Source: a virus
DNA: 64,000 nucleotides
Direction: 5' to 3' (one strand)
IMG/VR virus record: IMGVR_UViG_3300023174_006137
Location: 64,001 to 128,000 of that record
This document shows, one piece after another, positions 10,995-22,468 of the stretch. How positions within the stretch are numbered: position 1 is the first letter of the stretch; every line of letters starts with the position of its first letter. The position numbers and the translations under genes were made by a program. The notes beneath the pieces are model-generated. The model did not search any database, was not told the origin of the DNA, and saw only the letters and a program-made list of their open reading frames with translations.

Positions 10995-12552
10995 TATACA
11001 ACTTATTATACCAATGTCTGGTATAGGTAAAAGATTTTTAGAAGCAGGTTATACTAATCCAAAGCCATTAATTGAAATTGAGGGGAAGCCAATGATTCAA
11101 CATGTAGTTGAGTTATTTACTGGTGTTAAGGATGTTTCGTTTATTTGTAATGAGATTCATTTAAAGGAAACAAATATGAGGCAAATATTGGAAAAAATTG
11201 TTCCAAATTGTAAAATTTATTCTGTTTCAAATGAAAATAGAAAAGGACCAGTTGATGCAGTTTTACAAATTAAAAATTATATTAACGATGATAAAGAAGT
11301 TATTGTTAGTTATTGTGACTATGGAACCGTATGGGATTTTAAAAATTTTTTAAATGAAACAAGAAAAGCTAAATCAGATGGTGCTATACCATGTTATATA
11401 GGTTTTCATCCACATATGTTAGGTTCCGATAATTATGCTTTCTGTAAAACAGAAAGAAAATTTTTATTACAAATAAAAGAAAAAGAATCTTTTACTGATA
11501 ATAAAATGAACGAATATGCTTCTAATGGAACTTATTATTTCAAATCTGGCTCAATACTTAAAAAATATTTTCAAAAATTAATTGATTTAGATATCAATCT
11601 AAAAGGAGAATATTATGTTAGTTTAGTTTATAATTTATTAGTAAATGATGGTTTGAAAGTCAATATTTTTGAAATTGAGAAAATGCTACAATGGGGAACT
11701 CCTTATGATTTAGAAATTTATAAAGGATGGTCAAATTATTTCAACAATATTAAAACAGAACAACCAAAAATTAAACACAATGATGACGTAACTTTAATTC
11801 TTCCAATGGCTGGAAAAGGTAGTCGTTTCTCAGAACAAGGTTATAAAAATCCAAAACCATTAATTGACGTTGATGGAAAACCTATGATTATAAAAGCAGT
11901 TGATTGCTTACCACAAACTAATAAGAAAATATTTATTTGTTTAAAAGAACATGTGGAACAATATAAAATTGATAATATCTTAAAAGAATACTATAAAAAT
12001 ACAGAAGTTTTAAGTATAGATACAACTACGGAGGGTCAAGCATGCACATGTGAATTAGGAATTAATGAATTTAATATAGATTTAGAAAAACCTATTTTAA
12101 TTTCTGCTTGCGATAATGGTGTATATTATGATACTCAAAAATATATAGATTTAGTTAATGATGAAAATAATGATATAATTGTTTGGAGTTTTAGAAATAA
12201 TCAAACAAGTAAAGTAAATCCAAATATGTATGCTTGGTTAAAAGTTGATGATAATAATTTCATAGAAAATGTATCTTGTAAAAAATTCATATATGACGAT
12301 CCATTAAAAACCCATGCTATAATAGGAACTATGTTTTTTAGAAAAGCAAAATATTTTATTGACGGTTTAAACAAAAATTATATTAATAATATAAGAACTA
12401 ATAATGAGTTTTATGTTGATGATGTATTAAACCAGAACATTAAAGATGGTTTAAAATTAAAAGTTTTTGAAGTAAAAAACTATATTTGCTGGGGCACACC
12501 AGACGATTATAAAACATATAATTATTGGAAAGATTTTTTCAAAACATTTTAA
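10987..12552 (+). CDS. Tandem two-domain nucleotidyltransferase
   Basis: Two PMxGxGxRF...PKPLI units, each with EYYV/EFYV and WGTP. Confidence 0.8.
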   Translation: MNNIQLIIPMSGIGKRFLEAGYTNPKPLIEIEGKPMIQHVVELFTGVKDVSFICNEIHLKETNMRQILEKIVPNCKIYSVSNENRKGPVDAVLQIKNYINDDKEVIVSYCDYGTVWDFKNFLNETRKAKSDGAIPCYIGFHPHMLGSDNYAFCKTERKFLLQIKEKESFTDNKMNEYASNGTYYFKSGSILKKYFQKLIDLDINLKGEYYVSLVYNLLVNDGLKVNIFEIEKMLQWGTPYDLEIYKGWSNYFNNIKTEQPKIKHNDDVTLILPMAGKGSRFSEQGYKNPKPLIDVDGKPMIIKAVDCLPQTNKKIFICLKEHVEQYKIDNILKEYYKNTEVLSIDTTTEGQACTCELGINEFNIDLEKPILISACDNGVYYDTQKYIDLVNDENNDIIVWSFRNNQTSKVNPNMYAWLKVDDNNFIENVSCKKFIYDDPLKTHAIIGTMFFRKAKYFIDGLNKNYINNIRTNNEFYVDDVLNQNIKDGLKLKVFEVKNYICWGTPDDYKTYNYWKDFFKTF

Positions 12553-12568
12553 AATTAATGTAAGCTAC

Positions 12569-13657
12569 ATGAATAAAAAAGCATTTATCACAGGAATCAC
12601 AGGACAGGACGGCTCTTATCTAGTCGAACTTTTAATATCAAAAGGATACACAGTACATGGTTTAAAAAGACGTTCTTCTTCTTTTAATACTTCAAGAATT
12701 GATCACTTGTATCAAGATCCACATGAAGAAAACAAAAAATTAATTCTTCATTATGGTGATATGACAGATTCTTCTGGATTAATTAGATTAATTCAACAAA
12801 TTCAACCAGACGAAATTTATAATTTGGCAGCACAATCACATGTCAAAGTTTCATTTGAAACACCAGAATATACAGCTAATGCTGACGGATTAGGTACACT
12901 TCGTATATTAGAAGCAATTAGAATTTTAGGCTTGGAAAAGAAAACTAAATTTTACCAAGCATCAACTTCTGAAATGTTTGGTAGAGTTCAAGAAATTCCA
13001 CAAACTGAAAAAACACCTTTTTATCCAGTATCGCCGTATGGTTCAGCTAAATTATACGCACACTGGATAACAAAAAATTATCGTGAATCTTATAATATGT
13101 TTGCTTGTTCTGGCATTCTTTTCAATCATGAAAGTCCGGTTCGTGGTGAAACATTCGTAACGAGAAAAATTACAAGAGCTGTTGCCGCTATTTATCATGG
13201 TTTAAATAACGTGCTTTATATTGGAAATCTCGATGCTGAAAGAGATTGGGGACACGCAAAAGATTATGTTGAGGGAATGTGGCTTATGTTACAACAAGAA
13301 ACACCGGATGACTATATTTTAGCAACTAATCGCAAAATGTCAGTTAGAAGATTTATTGAATTATCATTTGCAGAAATAGGTAAAAAAATAAAATGGTCTG
13401 GCGAAGGTGTTGATGAAATAGGATTTGATGTTAATACTGGTGATGTTTTAGTTAAAATTGATCCTAAGTATTTTAGACCAAATGAAGTTGATTTACTTTT
13501 AGGTGATTATACAAAAGCAAAAACAGAATTAGGTTGGGAACCTAAATATACAGTAGAAGAAATAATTAAAGAAATGATAGAATCGGATATTAAATTATTT
13601 GAAAAAGATAAATATTTACAAAACGGTGGATTTGAGATTTTTAATCATTACGAATAA
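12569..13657 (+). CDS. gmd: GDP-mannose 4,6-dehydratase
   Basis: [40 protein letters not shown]. Confidence 0.97.
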   Translation: MNKKAFITGITGQDGSYLVELLISKGYTVHGLKRRSSSFNTSRIDHLYQDPHEENKKLILHYGDMTDSSGLIRLIQQIQPDEIYNLAAQSHVKVSFETPEYTANADGLGTLRILEAIRILGLEKKTKFYQASTSEMFGRVQEIPQTEKTPFYPVSPYGSAKLYAHWITKNYRESYNMFACSGILFNHESPVRGETFVTRKITRAVAAIYHGLNNVLYIGNLDAERDWGHAKDYVEGMWLMLQQETPDDYILATNRKMSVRRFIELSFAEIGKKIKWSGEGVDEIGFDVNTGDVLVKIDPKYFRPNEVDLLLGDYTKAKTELGWEPKYTVEEIIKEMIESDIKLFEKDKYLQNGGFEIFNHYE

Positions 13658-13760
13658 TTTAATATGTGAAATTTTTAACAAAAAAGCAAATATTTTAACA
13701 AAATATTTGCTTTTTTCGTTTATTTATACTATTTTCGTAAAAAATTATCTTAAAAGAAGT

Positions 13761-16067
13761 ATGAATAAAATCACACACGGAGGTATCTATAAAATACATA
13801 GAGCCAAATTATTTGAAAATGTTAATAGTTACACAGATTTAGTAAAAACTATCAAAAAATGGGGTAAAAATAACCCAAATGAAAATGACACAGGTTACAA
13901 TAAATTAGTAGGTATGGCTTATGAAATTTTCTTCCATTTTTGGGGATTAACTTGTGGTCATAATGTGGGTGTTAGTATAAAAGATTTGCAAGATACGAGT
14001 TATGATGAACATAATCGTGGTGATGACTTTTTATACACCAGTTTATTTGATGAACCTGGTGGAATACAGGTTAAATTTCGTTCTTCTGGTATTTATCAGT
14101 TTCATAATGGAGCATTAGATGGTTTTTTACAAAAAACACGTGCCGTGAATCACATGTGTCGTCCTAATAATACAATATTATTTATAAGTATAGACGATCA
14201 TCCAAAATTATTTCATTATGCTTATGATGCGGCGATAAGGAGAGAAATAAGAATAATTGATAGAAAAGTACAAGAATATTATATAAACCTTGAACCAGAC
14301 TTTTGGAATAGATTTAGAGAATGTATAAAAGAATCAGCAAAAAAAGAATTCCTTGATGACCCTGAACTAAGAGATGTGCAAAAAACTATCTTATATGGTA
14401 ATCAATTTTATAAAGGTACACAACAAGTTATTAATAGGCTAACAGAAAAAGGAAGAGTTGAAGCTTCAACCGCTACCGGTAAAACACTATGTATTAAAAA
14501 AGATATTGAAAATGCGTTTAATACTAAAAGAAAAATTGTTGTATTAACAATACCATGGCGAGCATTGATAGGGCAAACTTTTACAGATTATTATACACAT
14601 AAATTATTTGGTTGGCAAGACAAACAAGGTGTGATTCATAATCAAGATAAACCATCTTGCGTGGTTGTTATGTCAGGCGAAAATTTGTGTTATGATGATG
14701 AAATAGCTGATGTGCATCAATGTTTAACTTCTGAACTTTTGGAAGGAAAAATTACTTCAAATTTAGTTAAAGATAAAAAAACTCTTATTATTATAACTAA
14801 GGATTCTTATGATAAATGGTATGATAAAGAAAAAAATAATGGTGTTTTCACAAGCTTAATTGAAAAAAAATTAATCAATAAAGATGATGTTTTTGAAATA
14901 TTTGACGAATATCATAACATGATTCCAATTACTGGTGATAGAGATAAACATCTTTTAACTGCTAATTTTTTACAAACTTTATCTGAAAGAAATTCAGGAA
15001 CAATTTTTTATAGCGCAAGTAATAAAAATGGTGAATTAGTTAGTTCTTTTAACGAAAAACAATTTGGAACACTTTTAGCTAAAATAACAAGAAATGATCT
15101 AAGAGTCAGAGGTTATGTTTGTCCTGGTTTAGAATTTCGTTTTATATCAATAAAAAATATTTATGCCTCGGCTGAGGATAGACGAAGAATGGAAAATAAA
15201 GGAGTTGATTTAAATTTAGCACAAATAGAAGCAGCTGGTATAGTTACGGCATATGAAGATATTGTCCGCAATTACTATAAACAGCCTAATATGATGACAT
15301 TTGGTAGTCATGTTCCGGGTTGCGCATTTATAAATGCTGATGAAGGAATAAAAGATAAATTACAAGATGTTAATTTACATCTTATGTATTGCGACACGCC
15401 AAATACAGATAGAGCAAAAATTATTGACATTATTAAAAAAACAGGAAATAATATTTTAAATCAACATTCTGTAGCTGGCGAAGGTGTTAATATTCCCAAT
15501 TTACATTCTATTATTATACATCGTGGAATGAGTTTTAAAAGTTTGCAACAAGCAATTGGTAGAAGTGATAGAGCATTACTTGAAGATACTATAAACTTTC
15601 AAAAAGGTCTTATAACATTAGATAATCCAATTGGATGGAAAAAATATTGGAATATAGTTTATGTAATCATTGATGATGATGATGATAAAAATACACAACG
15701 CTTAATTATAGAGTTAGCTAAATATCTTTTAAATAATGGTATTCCGGAAAATAAATGGGCTTTTTCTGCAGTTGAATATGAGCAAAAAGTTGGTGTAGAT
15801 AATAAAATGCAAAAAGGAGCTTATCGTGATTTTGAGACAAATTTTGATAGGAATAAATTGGATAATATGGTCAATAAAGCTATTATTAAAGCAAAAGAAG
15901 AAGTTGAAAATGAATTAGCATCGCTTGATGACATTTATTTTAAAGAAATTGATTTTGAAAAAGAAATGGCTAATTTCGAAGTTGAAAAATGGTATAACAA
16001 TTTAAGTACTGAAGAATTATACCAATATGCAAAAAATATTTGTGAAGATAAAAATGACAATAGATAG
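13761..16067 (+). CDS. SF2 helicase with N-terminal PD-(D/E)xK-like nuclease (restriction-enzyme-like)
   Basis: GDD...IQVKFRS; STATGKT, FDEYH, SAS, EGVNIP, QAIGRSDR; start set at ATG 13761. Confidence 0.65.
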   Translation: MNKITHGGIYKIHRAKLFENVNSYTDLVKTIKKWGKNNPNENDTGYNKLVGMAYEIFFHFWGLTCGHNVGVSIKDLQDTSYDEHNRGDDFLYTSLFDEPGGIQVKFRSSGIYQFHNGALDGFLQKTRAVNHMCRPNNTILFISIDDHPKLFHYAYDAAIRREIRIIDRKVQEYYINLEPDFWNRFRECIKESAKKEFLDDPELRDVQKTILYGNQFYKGTQQVINRLTEKGRVEASTATGKTLCIKKDIENAFNTKRKIVVLTIPWRALIGQTFTDYYTHKLFGWQDKQGVIHNQDKPSCVVVMSGENLCYDDEIADVHQCLTSELLEGKITSNLVKDKKTLIIITKDSYDKWYDKEKNNGVFTSLIEKKLINKDDVFEIFDEYHNMIPITGDRDKHLLTANFLQTLSERNSGTIFYSASNKNGELVSSFNEKQFGTLLAKITRNDLRVRGYVCPGLEFRFISIKNIYASAEDRRRMENKGVDLNLAQIEAAGIVTAYEDIVRNYYKQPNMMTFGSHVPGCAFINADEGIKDKLQDVNLHLMYCDTPNTDRAKIIDIIKKTGNNILNQHSVAGEGVNIPNLHSIIIHRGMSFKSLQQAIGRSDRALLEDTINFQKGLITLDNPIGWKKYWNIVYVIIDDDDDKNTQRLIIELAKYLLNNGIPENKWAFSAVEYEQKVGVDNKMQKGAYRDFETNFDRNKLDNMVNKAIIKAKEEVENELASLDDIYFKEIDFEKEMANFEVEKWYNNLSTEELYQYAKNICEDKNDNR

Positions 16068-17547
16068 AGAAATAATTTATAATATAAATTTCCAAAAATG
16101 TAAATTAAATCCTTATTTTAATTTTTTTGAAATAACAAATTTGGAAAATCCAGAGAATATTAAAAAAGCATATTTTCTGTTAAATAATGATAAAAAATAT
16201 GCTTTGAATATTTTAGAAATTATTAAAAAGAAAATTTCTAATCAAATTTCTTGGTATGATTATTTTGAAGAGATAATAGATATATATCAAAAATTTAATT
16301 CAAAAACATCAGATTTTATACCACTTTATATGGTTGATAAAATATTAAGTAATTATACATCAAAAGATTTTTCAAATACATTATTAAAATGGTTTAATCC
16401 ATCTAACGCAGAGGGTATCTTTATATTTCGCTTAATTCAAAAATTATTAGAAAATTTAAAAGATATAAAATGGCTCGAAAATGAAAATATTCGTTATAAA
16501 TGGATAATTGAAAAAATGATATATGTTTGTGAAAATGATTCATTGTCAATGTTTAATTATATGTTATTAATTGATCCTGATTGTAAATTTAAATTAAATG
16601 CATACTATGGTTCTTATATAACAAAATCTTTTGATAAAGTAAAAGAAAATGATTGGAAATTAGGTACTGATACTCGTATTTTTGGAATTCCTCCATCTAA
16701 AAATACTTTGAGTAGAAGTTGTGTTAAATTTATTAATAAATCTTTAACCATTTCTAATTATATTAACTTTATAACACCTCATTCTATAGCATGGTCAATT
16801 AGTAAAACTATTACGGAATTGAGAAAAAAAATGCAAACAACCGAAAATTATATAGATAATAGAGTTGAAAGCAAAGATGCATTTACAAAAGGAAAAATTA
16901 TAGTAACAACTATTAAATCAGAAAAATTAAACACTAAAATACTAAACAAAGACGGTGTAATAGAAATAGATAACAAAGATATACACAAAAGACTTCCAAT
17001 TAAAAATAAAGTAGTAACTTCTATAATAAATAAAATAGATTCTAAGCCAAATAAACTAGAATATGTGTATGATTTTAAAAATCATACTAATAAAACAACC
17101 TCTAAAGAGTTATTAAAATATGGGTTAGCTTCGGAAACACAGGATGATATTTTTAAATATCCAATGCATCATTCTTCTTCTAAAATTCTCTATGTTAGAG
17201 AAGAATTCAAAACTTGGAAAAAATTAAAAGTAGCTTTTAATTATAGTGGAAATTTTATAGGCAAAAATAGAAAAGGCGGAGAACATATGTTTTCAACAAC
17301 AAATCTTATAGGAAAACAAATGGTGGGAGTATTAGTTAATTCACAAGAAGAAGCTAATATAATTATTCATAATTATTCTAATAAAATTTTTGAATTTTAT
17401 ATAAAAAATGAAAAATCAAGTGGATTTAATACTGGACTTCATTATCTACCTAAATTGCCTCTTGTGAAACTTTCGGATAAAGATCTGTATACTTATTTTG
17501 ATTTTACACAAGAAGAAATTAATTTAATTGAAAAAATTAAGATATAA
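16054..17547 (+). CDS. Eco57I/type IIG-like adenine methyltransferase-like protein with degenerate motifs
   Basis: WFNPSNAEGIF (motif I-like), GIPPS in place of NPPY, FITP, C-terminal LYTYFDFTQEEINLIE. Confidence 0.5.
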   Translation: MTIDREIIYNINFQKCKLNPYFNFFEITNLENPENIKKAYFLLNNDKKYALNILEIIKKKISNQISWYDYFEEIIDIYQKFNSKTSDFIPLYMVDKILSNYTSKDFSNTLLKWFNPSNAEGIFIFRLIQKLLENLKDIKWLENENIRYKWIIEKMIYVCENDSLSMFNYMLLIDPDCKFKLNAYYGSYITKSFDKVKENDWKLGTDTRIFGIPPSKNTLSRSCVKFINKSLTISNYINFITPHSIAWSISKTITELRKKMQTTENYIDNRVESKDAFTKGKIIVTTIKSEKLNTKILNKDGVIEIDNKDIHKRLPIKNKVVTSIINKIDSKPNKLEYVYDFKNHTNKTTSKELLKYGLASETQDDIFKYPMHHSSSKILYVREEFKTWKKLKVAFNYSGNFIGKNRKGGEHMFSTTNLIGKQMVGVLVNSQEEANIIIHNYSNKIFEFYIKNEKSSGFNTGLHYLPKLPLVKLSDKDLYTYFDFTQEEINLIEKIKI

Positions 17548-18180
17548 TTAAGTATTATTTAAAATAATTGGCACAATATTAGGGTTACTATTACCAAGTA
17601 CAGCTGGATTTCCGACATCAACAATTTTGGTTTTATTTAATAAGAAATCTAATTCAATAAAATTAAAATTAAAGGTAATCGTAAATTCAGCTGGATTTAT
17701 CTTTTGAACCGAATAATCAAAAAGACAATCAGATAAATTCATAGCAATTAATTGATAAAACCTTATTTGATATACAGAATTTCTCCACATATCAAGTGTT
17801 GTTATAGTAAATGGTTCGATAAATAAATTTTGAGTATCTAAATAATGTTTTTGAAAAATATCATACATTAACATATAATTAGCATGTCCATCTACATCAC
17901 GAAAAGTAACCGTAATTTCATGTGATGCAACTATATCTTGAACTGGAGTAGCTGGTTTATAAGAAATTTTCTTACCTCTCATAATTGTTTGCGAAGGTGG
18001 TGTAATAGCTAGTCCTGGAAAACTTACAGATTTAATTGTTGAGTTTAAATAATCAATAATATTTTCATATGGCATTTTATATTTTTCCAAAAATCCACGG
18101 TAATCATTTATTACCGTTGGTGGTAAAAAATCTGATGGAAATTGAAATATAAATGAACTACTTAATGTAGAAAGTCTCAT
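17548..18180 (-). CDS. Tail-tube/baseplate-like virion protein (T4 gp19/gp54-like)
   Basis: SVSFPG, ITVTFRD, FTITFNF beta-strand pattern; AATATATA upstream. Confidence 0.45.
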   Translation of the reverse strand: MRLSTLSSSFIFQFPSDFLPPTVINDYRGFLEKYKMPYENIIDYLNSTIKSVSFPGLAITPPSQTIMRGKKISYKPATPVQDIVASHEITVTFRDVDGHANYMLMYDIFQKHYLDTQNLFIEPFTITTLDMWRNSVYQIRFYQLIAMNLSDCLFDYSVQKINPAEFTITFNFNFIELDFLLNKTKIVDVGNPAVLGNSNPNIVPIILNNT

Positions 18181-18217
18181 AAAAAAAAGATGTTTTTATT
18201 ATATATTTAATTATATT

Positions 18218-20590
18218 TTATCTTGTCCCAGTTCCCCTAACGGCCTGATTAGCATTTTTATTATTACTGACACCACCGCCACCACCAGCTCCGCCAGGAT
18301 TATAAATTCCTGATGGCAATGTTATGTAGTGTAATAATCCGTAAGCATATATTGAACCGTCTTTATTTGTAGAATCAAATAACATTTGACCATTATTTAT
18401 ATTACCATCAGGTGATAATAACCATTTACTATCACTTGTTCTTAAATACATTACTATCTTGCTTCCAACTATTTTACCTGTTCCGCCTTCTTTATTATAG
18501 GCATCAGTAACTTCTTGTAATGTATAAGATTTAACTATTTTAGAAGATACATTTTGTATGGTAAGTGTAGTATCTGTATACCATAAATTGTATGTACCAC
18601 CGGCATAATTAAACGAACTAATAGTTGGTACATTACTTGGTGTTGTTGCTGGTGCTGTTGCTGTGATATTATTTCTTGTTTTTTGATCTTGTGAAGAAAT
18701 TGTATTATTTCTTGTTTTTTGATCTTGTGAAGAAATTGTATTATTTCTCGTTTTCTGGTCTTCAATAGAATTGGTTATTGTGTTATTTAATACATAAGAA
18801 TTTTGCAACATTTCTTTATCTATTGTTGCTACTTTTGCTGGTACAGAAACGAACATTTCATTTTTATCTTTCAAGTCTCTAACATTTAGTTGTACTGGTG
18901 TTGAAGCAGCCGCTATTTGATTAATCGCTGATTGTAACAAATTATTTATATTTGTAACAGAATCATACATATCAAATAACCCAGAATAAATAACAGAAGT
19001 TGAATTTTGTTGTGTGCTGGTTATATAAAATACATTAGTTCCTGAATTCGCTATAGTTCTTAAATTAGAAACAGAAGATGCTGGAATTAAAAATGTTACA
19101 ATTCCTTTTGATATGTCTAAATCTGAATTATTCGTATAAAGCGGAAAATCATATTGTGATTGCGCATTTTTAAAACTAATTTTAATAGTTCCATAAGATG
19201 TTAAATCATATGGTGCCAAATCAGCAGCACTTGCAGATGCTCCACTTGCTCTTGAATTATATAAATTTATTTTAACATATGTGTCAAAAGGTTTAAGGAT
19301 AATCAATAATTTACCTTCTCCATAATATAGTTTTGATCCAGCCACTACATTATCTGATTGTGCAACTACATTTGCAGACTCAACTAATACAGAATATGGA
19401 ATACTCACTGTTTGAACACTTGTTACAGGTGAAACTTGATAATTACTATTACCATTATTATTTCTTGTATTATATATTTTTGGCTTAGTAGCGTTTGATA
19501 AATTAATTTTACTTAAATATCTACTAAATTTAGAAACTTGATTTGGTAACATACCATAAGATGCCTTTCTAACAATTGTAGAATTATCCACAGCATCAAT
19601 TATATTCATTTCAACTTGTATTATAGCTGTTGTGCTTGAATATTTAATTATAGGACGAAATTCAATTGGTGTATTAAAATTATCTGTAACGGTTATTTTT
19701 AAAGAATTTCCCCTTATATTTTGCTCATACATAGTAATTGTGTAAACAACATAATAGCGATTTCCTAAATAAATAGAATTATTAATCCATTCATTAAATC
19801 CAGCAATCGTACCGTCAAATATGCCATAAATTTCAAAGAAATCGCCGTCATCTGCAGGTTGAATTACAACACCTACTTGTTGAAATTCTGGTAATTGTGG
19901 TATATTTGTAAGTAAAGGACCACCTAATTTGTAAGTTTTAATACCATTAATTGTTTGTGAAGTATTAATAAAACTAAATTCAATAAAAATTGGTGTTTGT
20001 TGATTTAAACCTATTCCTTGTGTTAAATTAAAATTAACACTATTTTCTGTTGTTATATTACTTGTTCTTTGATTAGATAAAGCATATACAGAAGGAATAG
20101 AAATAGTTAATTCTTTGCCCCATAAAGTTTCATTATAGATAAAAGGAGGATTTGTGTAGTTTATATAACTTTTGGTATTTACATTAGTTACATCATAAAA
20201 GAAATTACATAAATCATATTGTTTTAAATTATTGAAATCAAATGCATAAACTCTTAAATAAAAGCCTATATTATTTCCAAATGTATAACTAATAGGTAAA
20301 TGTATAATGATAGTATCGTATCTTAAAGGAAATCCAGTTGAATAATTATTAACTTGTAAAAACGAATAATTTGACACATCAGTAATACCATACGTTCTTG
20401 TTATAGAATCTATTGGAAATAAATTATTAGATATAGTATTTAAAGAACCAGAAGTAGTAGATAAAAAAGAATTTTTTGAATCTTTTGTATTAACCAAAAT
20501 TTCATATGGTTCGCTTATCAAATTGGAATCATCGTAAATGTATTCCATTAAGATATTTGCATCAAGATTAACATATTTAGAAAGTCTCAT
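18218..20590 (-). CDS. Large putative virion protein
   Basis: 790 aa, S/T/N-rich, internal 12-aa repeat. Confidence 0.45.
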   Translation of the reverse strand: MRLSKYVNLDANILMEYIYDDSNLISEPYEILVNTKDSKNSFLSTTSGSLNTISNNLFPIDSITRTYGITDVSNYSFLQVNNYSTGFPLRYDTIIIHLPISYTFGNNIGFYLRVYAFDFNNLKQYDLCNFFYDVTNVNTKSYINYTNPPFIYNETLWGKELTISIPSVYALSNQRTSNITTENSVNFNLTQGIGLNQQTPIFIEFSFINTSQTINGIKTYKLGGPLLTNIPQLPEFQQVGVVIQPADDGDFFEIYGIFDGTIAGFNEWINNSIYLGNRYYVVYTITMYEQNIRGNSLKITVTDNFNTPIEFRPIIKYSSTTAIIQVEMNIIDAVDNSTIVRKASYGMLPNQVSKFSRYLSKINLSNATKPKIYNTRNNNGNSNYQVSPVTSVQTVSIPYSVLVESANVVAQSDNVVAGSKLYYGEGKLLIILKPFDTYVKINLYNSRASGASASAADLAPYDLTSYGTIKISFKNAQSQYDFPLYTNNSDLDISKGIVTFLIPASSVSNLRTIANSGTNVFYITSTQQNSTSVIYSGLFDMYDSVTNINNLLQSAINQIAAASTPVQLNVRDLKDKNEMFVSVPAKVATIDKEMLQNSYVLNNTITNSIEDQKTRNNTISSQDQKTRNNTISSQDQKTRNNITATAPATTPSNVPTISSFNYAGGTYNLWYTDTTLTIQNVSSKIVKSYTLQEVTDAYNKEGGTGKIVGSKIVMYLRTSDSKWLLSPDGNINNGQMLFDSTNKDGSIYAYGLLHYITLPSGIYNPGGAGGGGGVSNNKNANQAVRGTGTR
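18667..18762. repeat. 36-bp in-frame tandem repeat (DQKTRNNTISSQ x ~2.6)
   Basis: Unit ttatttcttgttttttgatcttgtgaagaaattgta occurs twice plus a degenerate partial copy. Confidence 0.9.
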
Positions 20591-20628
20591 ACATTATATA
20601 TAAAAAAATAACCTTTATAAAGGTTATT

Positions 20629-21006
20629 TTATAGTTGTGAATGTAATTCTTTTTTTAATTGCTCATCTGTTTTGCTAGGATATTTTTCCTTTAATGCTTT
20701 ATATAAAATATTTTCTTCTTCACGCAATTTATCTATTTTATCATTTATAGGCTTTACCAAATTAGAGATTTTTTTCTCTTCTAAATCTATTTCTTCTAAT
20801 TTTTTTATTAAATTTTGTGACATTTCAGTTAAATCCGATTTACTTGTAATTTTTACAGATGTTAAACCTTCTAATTCTTTAACCGTATCTTTTAAATATT
20901 TTGATAAATTTTCTAAATCAATTTTATATACCTCTAATTTTTTATTTAGAGATAAAAATTCAGATCTTATATTTCTGGCACTTTCTATAAATTGTTTATC
21001 AATCAT
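20629..21006 (-). CDS. Hypothetical coiled-coil protein
   Basis: ORF track; K/E/L heptads. Confidence 0.6.
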   Translation of the reverse strand: MIDKQFIESARNIRSEFLSLNKKLEVYKIDLENLSKYLKDTVKELEGLTSVKITSKSDLTEMSQNLIKKLEEIDLEEKKISNLVKPINDKIDKLREEENILYKALKEKYPSKTDEQLKKELHSQL

Positions 21007-21956
21007 ATTGTTTCAGTATTTTTATCTTCAGTATTTTCTGTTTCAGGTTTTTGTTTCTTTTCTTCTTTCTTTTCCTCTTTGGAATTTTTATTTATTTTTT
21101 TATCTAACATACTTCTTAATTCGTCAGCAATTTTTGTTTTTATTGCATTAGGATTGGAAAGAATTTGTTCCGTAAATTCTTGTGCTAAATAATCAATAAT
21201 TGAAGTTTCATATGAATCTTCCATCATTTCAATGAAATCTATACGAGGAATTTTATTATCAATATCAACGCTTATTTTAAAATTAGTCGTTCTTTTTGCT
21301 TTTTGAAACATAGATATTATTGGATCAACATAATTGGCAGATGGTTGATTGTATTTATTTTCCATTACTGGATCAACTTGTCTTATTTGTGGTTGATAAT
21401 CATAATTATCTCTTGGTTGAATCACTGGTTGTGTCTGTTGCACTTGTGGTTGATAATTCATTTCTTCGGAAATCATTTTGCCTAATTTTGGATCATTTAA
21501 TAATCTATTCATTTGCGCATTTGCTTCTTCAATTGCATTACTTGAAACAGAAGTAGATGTGGAATTAATACCATATTTTCGTTCAAGTTCCCTTCTTTCC
21601 ATTTCTGGATCTTCCGGAATAACAGCAAAAGAATTATTAGAAGGATAAAAATTATCTCTTTGCGATGAAAAATCATCAGTTGGCAATTTATCTAATAAAT
21701 CAGTAGAAATAGATCTTATTTGTTCTAAAATAGGATTTCTTTGATTATTAAAAGCATTTGGATCAATTCTATCCATTTGATTGAAATTATTTACATTTGA
21801 TTGTTGTATTGGTAATTCAACAAAATATTTTTTATCTAATAAATATTTTGTTTCAACTCTGGTATTATCTTCAAATGTCGTCACACCTTCATGTATATCT
21901 TTAACTGTGCAAATTTTACCAGATTTATTTTTAAATCTTTTCCCAATTAGATTCAT
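21003..21956 (-). CDS. Hypothetical protein
   Basis: 317-aa ORF, ATGA-coupled to the next gene. Confidence 0.65.
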   Translation of the reverse strand: MNLIGKRFKNKSGKICTVKDIHEGVTTFEDNTRVETKYLLDKKYFVELPIQQSNVNNFNQMDRIDPNAFNNQRNPILEQIRSISTDLLDKLPTDDFSSQRDNFYPSNNSFAVIPEDPEMERRELERKYGINSTSTSVSSNAIEEANAQMNRLLNDPKLGKMISEEMNYQPQVQQTQPVIQPRDNYDYQPQIRQVDPVMENKYNQPSANYVDPIISMFQKAKRTTNFKISVDIDNKIPRIDFIEMMEDSYETSIIDYLAQEFTEQILSNPNAIKTKIADELRSMLDKKINKNSKEEKKEEKKQKPETENTEDKNTETI

Positions 21957-22009
21957 ATATAATTATTAGAATTTAAATTATATATAACAAAATGACCTAT
22001 TTGTTGTTT

Positions 22010-22468
22010 TTATTCTGTTAAATCATCTATTATATAATATATAAAATCATTTAATTCATTTTCAAGACCCAAACAAAATTCCCAAATATCGTAAGTTGTA
22101 TTATTCCATTTTTTTTCAAAATTCAATTCATATAAACCATCTCTAACTTCAATTTCACCTTCTAAAATACCTTCAATTTTTTGACCATTTTCAAATTCAA
22201 TTGATGGTACATACATAGTTCCTTTATAAATTTGATAATCACCAAAATCTTCCATATCAATAAATTTAAAACTAAATAAATTATTTGACGAAATATATTC
22301 CTTTGTACCCATTTCTCTTTCGATTTTACTCATTTCTTTTTCTTTATCTTCTGCATGAGCTTTTAACCAATTTTTTTCCAATTCTGTCAAAGAATTATAA
22401 CCAGAATCATTTATTTTATCTAATAAGCTATCGAGGTAATTATTTTCAAATGTTTTCAAATATTTCAT
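22010..22468 (-). CDS. Hypothetical protein with MKYLKTFEN N-terminus and DUF6576-like motif
   Basis: LDSLLDKINDSGYNSLTELEKNWL. Confidence 0.65.
   Translation of the reverse strand: MKYLKTFENNYLDSLLDKINDSGYNSLTELEKNWLKAHAEDKEKEMSKIEREMGTKEYISSNNLFSFKFIDMEDFGDYQIYKGTMYVPSIEFENGQKIEGILEGEIEVRDGLYELNFEKKWNNTTYDIWEFCLGLENELNDFIYYIIDDLTE

Noticed and set aside
18667-18762. 36-bp repeats as a CRISPR array
   Set aside because: Units are contiguous without spacers and in frame within a CDS; no cas genes
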